From assembly GCA_041497895.1 (NCBI GenBank), contig JBGQHJ010000151.1, positions 1 through 11,792 on the forward strand: a stretch of DNA of 11,792 bases. Reading direction: 5' to 3'. Under the pieces are notes generated by a model. That model was not told the origin of the DNA, made no database searches, and saw nothing but the letters and a program-made list of their open reading frames with translations. This document shows, one piece after another, positions 5,860-11,792 of this stretch (its first letter is position 1; each line of letters starts with the position of its first letter). The position numbers and the translations under genes were made by a program. Source of the DNA: Candidatus Methylomirabilia bacterium. GTDB taxonomy: Bacteria; Methylomirabilota; Methylomirabilia; Rokubacteriales; CSP1-6.

Positions 5860-7734
5860 TCAGCGCCGGGCGGGCTCGCCCGGCTCCCCGCGTCGATAGA
5901 CGCGCACCGCCTCCGGCTGGCCGATCGTGTGGCGGCCGGGCTCGTCGTCCTCGTACTCGGGCGACACGAACAGGTGGTAGGTCGCGGCGAGCTGATACCC
6001 GTGCGCGGGCCGGGTCTCGTCCGCGTGAAAGGCAAAGGCAACCACGAGGACCTCGGGGTCGTCCGGGGGCCAGGTCTTGCTCAGCACGGTCCGGTAGGGC
6101 AGGGCGTTGCCGTTGAAGAGCCCTTCCCCGCTCGAGGTGGCGATCAGCCCGGTGGCTCCGGCGAGCGAGCGGCCAAGGTCCCGGGAGGCCTGTCGAATCG
6201 AGTAGTGAGGCGTCACGTACGACGGCGCGATCCGTGAGACCGCCACCGCCGAGTAGGCAAGCACGGCCGCGGTGGCCAGGGCCATCCATCGATCGGAGGT
6301 CCACCGCTTGCCGCCGATGACCAGCAACCCGGCGAGCATCCCGGTGGCGGGCGCGCCGACGGACCACCACGCCAGGCGGCCGCCGCCGGCGACGGGCCAG
6401 AATGAGCCTCCGTCGAGCCCGGCCCGCAGGCAGAGCATCCACCCGACGACCCCGGCCAGGGGGAAGGCCCACAGGAAGCGCGGCGGCTCTCCCACCCGGG
6501 CCGCCCGCCGGCCGAGCCATCCGGTCAGGCCGAGCGCGAGCCCGATGCAGGCGAGACGCAAGCGCAAGCGCCCGGGATCGGCGCCCGCCTGCATGGCGAG
6601 GCCGGCCAGCGTGGGCGCCCACAGCGCCGCGGTGGGCAGGGTGAGCAGCCCCAGGATCACGGCTCTCCGACCGGGCGTGACCGGCCACCGGGCCGCCGGT
6701 ATCAAGCCGAGACCGGCGGTCACGTTGATCGCCAGCGGGACCAGGACGTGCGCCTTGTAGCGATCCGGGAAGTAGTCGAGGCTCAGCATGAGCGGCGTGT
6801 AGAGGCCGTACCAGACCGCGGAGGCCACGAAGTGGCGGCGCACCGCGAGATCGCCGCCGCCCTGGGTGAGCGCGTAGACCGCGAGCGAGAAGCAGGCTCC
6901 CACCGCCCAGATGTTGAAGGTGGGAGCGAACGGAGCATCCAGGAAGAAGTTCGTGATGGTGAACGGCCGCGCGGGCAGCAGGAAGTGCCCCAGGACCTCG
7001 AGGTTGGCCGCCAGGCCTCCCAGCCGGCCCGGGCGGGCCACCATCCCGACCAGGGCCACGAAGAGGATGGGCGCCAGGAAACCCGCCCAGAGCATCGCCA
7101 GGCCTCGCCGTCGGGTGGGAGCCTCCGGAGGCGGGAGCGGCTGGACGAGAACCACCGCGGAGAAGATGACGAGCGCGGGCAGGCTCGTCGCCTTGACGGC
7201 GACGGCGCCGACTAACACCAGGCCGGCGGCGAGCATGCGCCGCGGGGACGCCCGGCCAGTCACGACGAGAACGTACGCCAGGAGCTCGGCCAGCATGGCC
7301 GCCATCTCGGGAACCGCCACCCGGCTCAGCTGCACGAGATCGACGTCGAAGGCGAGGAGGGCCAGGCCGACGAGCAGGGCCAGATTCCCCACGGTACGCC
7401 GGAACAGCAGCCAGAAGGTCAGGAGCAGCAGGCAGCCGGCCAGGGCGGTGGGCAGGCGCGCCGCCCAGATGCTCACCCCGAAGAGCTCGAACGCGACGTA
7501 CGCGGCCGCCTGGAACAGGGGGGCGAGGATGAGGTGGAGCAGCCAGTCGGCGTGGACGATGTGGCCGAAGAGCGCCATCTCCCGGGCGTGGGCGACCCAG
7601 CGGCCCTCGTCCGTGATGTAGCCCGCCCACGCGTAGTAGTCCGGATCCGCGTCCAGGAAGGCGAGACGGAGGCCCACGCCGAGCAGCAGCACGGCCGGCA
7701 CGAGGAGGCGGGCCAGGCGGGCGCGCGATGGCAT
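5860..7734 (-). CDS. GT-C fold multi-pass membrane glycosyltransferase (ArnT/PMT_2-like)
   Basis: From ATG 7734 (MPSRARLARLL...), 624 aa. TM1 ends in LRL, the first loop has the acidic TDEG motif, followed by APLF...LFGVSIWAARLP, SRVAVPE and AVAVKAT. Many TMs and a soluble C-terminal domain. Confidence 0.85.
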   Translation of the reverse strand: MPSRARLARLLVPAVLLLGVGLRLAFLDADPDYYAWAGYITDEGRWVAHAREMALFGHIVHADWLLHLILAPLFQAAAYVAFELFGVSIWAARLPTALAGCLLLLTFWLLFRRTVGNLALLVGLALLAFDVDLVQLSRVAVPEMAAMLAELLAYVLVVTGRASPRRMLAAGLVLVGAVAVKATSLPALVIFSAVVLVQPLPPPEAPTRRRGLAMLWAGFLAPILFVALVGMVARPGRLGGLAANLEVLGHFLLPARPFTITNFFLDAPFAPTFNIWAVGACFSLAVYALTQGGGDLAVRRHFVASAVWYGLYTPLMLSLDYFPDRYKAHVLVPLAINVTAGLGLIPAARWPVTPGRRAVILGLLTLPTAALWAPTLAGLAMQAGADPGRLRLRLACIGLALGLTGWLGRRAARVGEPPRFLWAFPLAGVVGWMLCLRAGLDGGSFWPVAGGGRLAWWSVGAPATGMLAGLLVIGGKRWTSDRWMALATAAVLAYSAVAVSRIAPSYVTPHYSIRQASRDLGRSLAGATGLIATSSGEGLFNGNALPYRTVLSKTWPPDDPEVLVVAFAFHADETRPAHGYQLAATYHLFVSPEYEDDEPGRHTIGQPEAVRVYRRGEPGEPARR

Positions 7735-7790
7735 GGAGCGAGGCGCGAGGGAATCGGCGCTCGAGGTCCGCGCCCGCGGCGCGGGCTCAG

Positions 7791-8117
7791 TCAGGAGCGA
7801 GTGCCGACACGCGACTCCCGTAGACCCGCGATCCGGTTGTACACCGTCGTCACGAAGAATCCGACGAGGAATCCGGTCGCGAACCCGTAGCCGAGGCCGA
7901 TGAAGCTGCCCGCCAGCGTGACGCGGTAGCCGATGAAGAACTGCCCGAGCAGCCCCAGGTGGGGGCCCACGACCGCGCCCCCCTTGATCACCAGCCACAG
8001 GGTGGCGACGAACAACGTCAACCCCACGACGAGGCCCAGCACGATGCCGTGCACGGCCGCGTTGAGTCGCACCATCCGGGCGACCAGGAGATTCTCGATC
8101 GTTCGCGGGTCGGCCAT
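7791..8117 (-). CDS. Small Gly-rich membrane protein, paralog of the C-terminal module of the upstream flavoprotein
   Basis: ATG 8117 is preceded by GGAG (alternative ATG 8129). 108 aa. Contains KGGAVVGPxLxLLGQxFxGYxVTxxGS, shared with 8222-8455. Confidence 0.85.
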   Translation of the reverse strand: MADPRTIENLLVARMVRLNAAVHGIVLGLVVGLTLFVATLWLVIKGGAVVGPHLGLLGQFFIGYRVTLAGSFIGLGYGFATGFLVGFFVTTVYNRIAGLRESRVGTRS

Positions 8118-8140
8118 CTCGATCTCCATGCGCGGCGGAC

Positions 8141-9913
8141 CTACACGAACTCGAGGAAGCGCCGGAGCAGGCCGCGCTCGACCCGGCGGCGGGCCATCGC
8201 CACGTAGCACAGGAGCGTCGCATTCCGGAGGAACGCAAAGCCCCAGCCGAGCAGCCAGCCCACCACGAAGCCGTACAGGAGACCCACCAGCGACCCGACC
8301 GGAGTCACAGTGTAGCCGGGGAAATACTGGCCGAGCAAGCGAAGGGTGGGCCCGACCACCGCCCCGCCCTTCAGCACGAGCACGGCGGTGGCGAGAAAGA
8401 GCATCAGCCCGGTGGTGGCGCCGACCGCGCATCCGAGCGCGACCCGGTCGAGGCGCGGGAAGAACTCCGCGATCCTCGGTTCCAGGATCTTCTCGGTGAC
8501 CTCCTCGTGGTACTCGGCCTCGGTGTTGACCTCCCAGAGGTCGTGGGTCTCCTGCAGGATCAGATTCCGGACCGCCAGCATGCCGGTGAGCATGGCGTGA
8601 TCCTGGTTGTTGTACCGGTGCAGGCCGTTGCGCCCGATGGTCTGGAAGTTCTCGAGGCCGTCCACGAACCCGCGGACCTTCGCCATGTGGTCTCGATAGG
8701 TGGCGTCGTAGATCGGGTAGGCCTTCGGCACGCGGAACACGCATCCGTCCTGGATCTCGGCCCGGGTGGCCAGGCCGATCGCCTCGAGCTCCCGCCCGGC
8801 CAGCGCGATGAGCTCGGCGTCCGGGGTATTCCACAGCTCGTCGCCCTCGGTGCAGAAGTACTCGAGGCCCAGGCTGCTCCGGGTCGGATCCGGCACCATG
8901 TCCGGGCTCCAGTTGGCGAAGTTCTGGATGCGTCCGACCCGCACGTCGGAGGAGTGCACGTAGATCCAGTTGTCGGGGAAGAGGTCGCGCTTCTTGACGA
9001 TCAGGCAGACGGTCAGGAAGTCGCGATAGCCGAGGCGGTGCGCCGCCTCGACCACGTCCGGGGGCGCGGGCGGGGAGAGCTTCAGCACGAGCTCGGACAC
9101 CGGCATGCTGGAAATGAAGCTGGAGCCCGCGAGCGTCTCCTCCTTTCCCTCGGCGGCCACCACCACCGCATCGATGCGGCTCCCGGTCCGCTCGATCCGG
9201 ACGACGTCACGCTGGAGACGCACCGATCCGCCCTTCTCCTCGACCTCGGCGGCCACCGCCTCCCACATCATGCCCGGGCCCAGACGGGGGTAGTCGAACT
9301 CCTCGATCAGGGTCTTGATGGTGTGCTTGGGCTTCACGAACATCGTCATGAGCACGGTCTTGAGCGACAGGTCCTTGATGCGCTGCGCCGCCCACTCGGC
9401 CCGGAGCTCGGAGCAGGGGATGCCCCAGACCTTTTCGGTGTACGTCTTGAAGAAGATGCTGAAGAGCCGCTTGCCGAAGCGGTTGGTGACCCACTGCTCG
9501 AAGGTGTCCTCGTGCCGGTGCGGGAAGAGCTGCCAGCGCAGGTAGCTCAGCACCACGAGCACCGCCTGCCAGAGGCCCAGGCCGAGCAGGGCGTTGAGCG
9601 GCTTCAGCGGGTAGTAGAAGAAGCGCCCGTTGTAGAAGATGCGCGAGAGCCGGGGGCGGCGCAGGAACTCGCCCCCCAGCACCTCCTGCCACATCTTCTT
9701 CACCTCGTCCACCTTGGTGAAGAAGCGGTGGCCGCCCATGTCGAAGCGGTAGCCCTTGTAGTTCGCGGTGCAGGCCAGCCCGCCGACGATCGCACTCTTC
9801 TCGACGACCACCGGCTGCCGGCCGAACTTGGTGAGCTCCCGGGCTGCGGTGAGCCCGGCCGGGCCGGCTCCGATGATCACGACACGCGAGACTCGCTCGT
9901 CTACCGATGGCAT
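8141..9913 (-). CDS. FAD-dependent oxidoreductase, UDP-galactopyranose-mutase-like, fused to a C-terminal membrane module
   Basis: ATG 9913 is preceded by AAAGGA (alternative starts 9934, 9952). Rossmann VVIIGAGPAGLTAA...EK...VGG, FDMGGHRFF, YTEKVWG, FDYPRLGPG, AYPIYD and GRNGLHRYNNQDHAM. The last ~110 aa are hydrophobic. 590 aa. Confidence 0.85.
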   Translation of the reverse strand: MPSVDERVSRVVIIGAGPAGLTAARELTKFGRQPVVVEKSAIVGGLACTANYKGYRFDMGGHRFFTKVDEVKKMWQEVLGGEFLRRPRLSRIFYNGRFFYYPLKPLNALLGLGLWQAVLVVLSYLRWQLFPHRHEDTFEQWVTNRFGKRLFSIFFKTYTEKVWGIPCSELRAEWAAQRIKDLSLKTVLMTMFVKPKHTIKTLIEEFDYPRLGPGMMWEAVAAEVEEKGGSVRLQRDVVRIERTGSRIDAVVVAAEGKEETLAGSSFISSMPVSELVLKLSPPAPPDVVEAAHRLGYRDFLTVCLIVKKRDLFPDNWIYVHSSDVRVGRIQNFANWSPDMVPDPTRSSLGLEYFCTEGDELWNTPDAELIALAGRELEAIGLATRAEIQDGCVFRVPKAYPIYDATYRDHMAKVRGFVDGLENFQTIGRNGLHRYNNQDHAMLTGMLAVRNLILQETHDLWEVNTEAEYHEEVTEKILEPRIAEFFPRLDRVALGCAVGATTGLMLFLATAVLVLKGGAVVGPTLRLLGQYFPGYTVTPVGSLVGLLYGFVVGWLLGWGFAFLRNATLLCYVAMARRRVERGLLRRFLEFV

Positions 9914-9948
9914 CTGGGTTCCTTTGGACGACATGATGTTGGACCGGA

Positions 9949-10785
9949 TCATGCGACACCCTCGAACAGATCTCCCTCGAGACGGGCCGCGTCCGAGGCG
10001 GGACAGGCCCGCAGGTACAGCTCGGTCCTTCCGAGCAGGCGGGACACCGGCCCGATCAGCCGTCGGGTCAGGCTCGATGGCCCGATCTGGCTCGCGTGGC
10101 ACAGGGCGGCGGCGTGCTTGCGCGCGAGCGCTTGTCGGGATAGGCGGATCCGGGCGTGGATCGGGAAGCGCATGCGGGCCACGCTGGCCAGGTCCACGTC
10201 GCCGTTCAGCCCGGTCCGGCTCGGATCGCGGCCCAGGGCCCGGAGCAGGCCGACGCGAAGCCTCAGGACGCCGCGGGGAGGGATCCAGAAGTAGAGCTTC
10301 TGCGGCGCGAAGGGCGTGCCGACGCCGGGGAACTGGTCGGGGTCTCCGGCCATGTGGAAGGCGCGGACGGTCGCGTGGTGGATCGCGATGTGGTCGGGGT
10401 GGTGGTAGCCCCCGATCGGGTCGAACGTGATGAGGACCTGGGGCCGCTCGGTGCGGATCACCGCGACCACCTCGCGGGTCACGTCTTCCAGGGGCGCCGC
10501 CATCAGGGCACGCGGGTGCCGGTTCTCGGGCCAGCCGGGCATGCCCGAGTCCCGGTAGCCGAGGAACTTCACCGCGTCCAGCCTCAACGCCTTGGCCGCG
10601 GACATGAGCTCGGCCCAGCGTTGGCCGCCGAGCTCCTCCGGCTCGGGCGAGCCGGCCTCGCCGCGGGTGGCGCAGGCGTACACGACGCGGACGCCCTCGG
10701 CGGCGTACCGCGCGAGGGTTCCCCCCGGGCCGAAGGTCTCGTCGTCGGGGTGGGCCCCGACGAACACGAGGACGCGCCGGCTCAT
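9949..10785 (-). CDS. PIG-L family N-deacetylase (MshB/Mca/BshB-like)
   Basis: ATG 10785 overlaps the GT4 stop (ATGA). Metal motifs AHPDDE and GGYHHPDH, plus ATRGEAG, LGYRDSGM, HASQ and a terminal DLFEGV. 278 aa. Confidence 0.92.
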   Translation of the reverse strand: MSRRVLVFVGAHPDDETFGPGGTLARYAAEGVRVVYACATRGEAGSPEPEELGGQRWAELMSAAKALRLDAVKFLGYRDSGMPGWPENRHPRALMAAPLEDVTREVVAVIRTERPQVLITFDPIGGYHHPDHIAIHHATVRAFHMAGDPDQFPGVGTPFAPQKLYFWIPPRGVLRLRVGLLRALGRDPSRTGLNGDVDLASVARMRFPIHARIRLSRQALARKHAAALCHASQIGPSSLTRRLIGPVSRLLGRTELYLRACPASDAARLEGDLFEGVA

Positions 10786-11792
10786 GCCGGCTGCCTGCGA
10801 TACACGGCCAGGGTCTGACGCGCGACGTCGCTCCAGTCGTGCTCGCGGCCGATGCGACGCGAGGCCCGCCGGCCCATCTCGGCGAGGGCGTGGGGATCGG
10901 CGAGGGCCTGCCGGATCGCCGCGGCCAGCGCGTCGGGGGAGCGCGGCGGCACGACGAAGCCACACCGGTCCGGCTCGACGAACTCGGGGAGCCCGCCCAC
11001 GCGCGTCACCACCGCGGCACGGCCGAACGCCTGGGCCTGGGCCACCACCCCGCTGGCCGCGATGTCGACGTAGGGCGCGATCAGCGCGTCGGCCGCCGCG
11101 AAGTAGAGCGGGACCTCGTCCTGGGGAATGAACGAATCGCGCAGGCGCACGGAGTCGTGGAGGCCGAGGCGCTCGATCCGCTCGCGGATCGGGCGCATCG
11201 GCATGAGCGGCTCGCCCGCGATCAGGAGGACCGCCCGGGGAAAGGCCGCGAGGACGCCGGGCATCGCCTCGAGCAGGAACTCGAGCCCCTTGTACGGCTT
11301 GATCATCCCGAAGAAGAGCAGCACCGGACGGTCGGGCTCGAGGTCGAGGTGGGCGCGTGCCCGAGCCCGGTCGGCCTCCGTGGGCGGCGGGACGGCCGAG
11401 CCGCCGTGAGGGACGACGTGGACGCGCGCGCCCACGGTCGGGTACGCGCCGACCAGCTGCCGTCCGAGGTGGGGCGTGTGCACGATCGCGGCGTCGACGT
11501 GGGAGAGCAGCCACTCGTACTGGGCATGGGCCACGCGGCGGCGGGAGTCCGGGAGCGGATCGTGGACGGTGTAGACGATGCGCCAGCCGCGGCCCCGGAG
11601 GCCACGCAGCAACATGCCGTCGAGCCACGGCAGGAGTGCCCAGTGCAGATGGAACACGCCGGGTGGGCGGCTCCGCAGCGTCCGCCACGTGCGCCAGAGG
11701 CCCGCCGGGTAGCCGAGGGCCTTGATCGCCTGGCGCAGGCGCGTGCGGCCGCGCGTGAGCCGCGCGAGGGGCCCGCTCATCAGCCGGAAGAA
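10782..11792 (-). CDS. Family 4 glycosyltransferase (GT-B fold), probably 5'-truncated by the window edge
   Basis: VYTVHDPLP, VHVVPHG, LFFGMIKPYKGLEFL, AADALIAPY...ASGV, TRVGGLPE and DWSDVARQTLAVY. The frame stays open (FFRL) from ATG 11780 to the edge and the usual N-terminal strand is missing. Confidence 0.92.
   Translation of the reverse strand, partial: FFRLMSGPLARLTRGRTRLRQAIKALGYPAGLWRTWRTLRSRPPGVFHLHWALLPWLDGMLLRGLRGRGWRIVYTVHDPLPDSRRRVAHAQYEWLLSHVDAAIVHTPHLGRQLVGAYPTVGARVHVVPHGGSAVPPPTEADRARARAHLDLEPDRPVLLFFGMIKPYKGLEFLLEAMPGVLAAFPRAVLLIAGEPLMPMRPIRERIERLGLHDSVRLRDSFIPQDEVPLYFAAADALIAPYVDIAASGVVAQAQAFGRAAVVTRVGGLPEFVEPDRCGFVVPPRSPDALAAAIRQALADPHALAEMGRRASRRIGREHDWSDVARQTLAVYRRQPA

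Noticed and set aside
7791..8117. Holin or prophage interpretation of the small membrane protein
   Set aside because: No endolysin or other phage gene is nearby, and its paralog is fused to a metabolic flavoenzyme.
5756..8834. ORFs 5756..7630 (-) and the extensions in 5860..8238 and 7791..8834
   Set aside because: Off-frame overlaps with better-supported genes, with no recognisable motifs in the extensions.
8141..9913. Protoporphyrinogen oxidase (hemY) assignment
   Set aside because: It shares only the FAD-binding fold. The GGH/NQDH motifs and glycan context fit mutase-like proteins better, and no hem genes are nearby.
8507..10294. 595-aa antisense ORF on the + strand
   Set aside because: Mirror of the strongly codon-biased flavoprotein gene, with no motifs or RBS.
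8141..10963. Apparent 940-aa flavoprotein and 579-aa deacetylase ORFs suggesting large fusions
   Set aside because: The N-terminal extensions are low-complexity off-frame readings of the upstream PIG-L and GT4 genes. An RBS at 9913 and the ATGA coupling at 10785 define the real starts.
9949..11792. Calling the GT4 and PIG-L genes mshA/mshB or bshA/bshB
   Set aside because: Only family-level motifs are visible, no cysteine ligase lies in the window, and the context is membrane glycosylation, so gene symbols were not assigned.
1..11792. CRISPR arrays, tRNA/rRNA, transposases, integrases and defence genes
   Set aside because: No regularly spaced repeats or matching motifs were seen by eye, and the intergenic gaps are short (about 120 nt or less).

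Overview
GC-rich bacterial window, densely coding, with no RNA genes, CRISPR array or mobile element visible. The two small hypothetical proteins resemble those of Candidatus Rokubacteria/Methylomirabilota, which is an impression rather than a result. The left part (1-3323) holds the probable 3' end of a citrate synthase, a GT2 glycosyltransferase, and a DapF-family epimerase in which both catalytic cysteines are replaced by serine (EKSGNG, TLASGSS). It also holds a strong hairpin, a SlyD-type PPIase with an apparent signal peptide, and two small hypotheticals (one Cys/His metal-site plus DRR/ERR-repeat protein, one coiled-coil). The right part (3405-11792) is a cell-envelope glycan locus of two convergent operons. 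The + operon is YdcF/DUF218, a small membrane protein and a Wzx-like flippase. The - operon is a GT4 (5'-truncated), a PIG-L/MshB-like deacetylase, a UDP-galactopyranose-mutase-like flavoprotein fused to a C-terminal membrane module, a stand-alone paralog of that module (41/78 identities counted by hand), and an ArnT/PMT-like GT-C transferase. The best leads are the Ser/Ser epimerase, the duplicated membrane module, and a possible lipid-linked glycan pathway.
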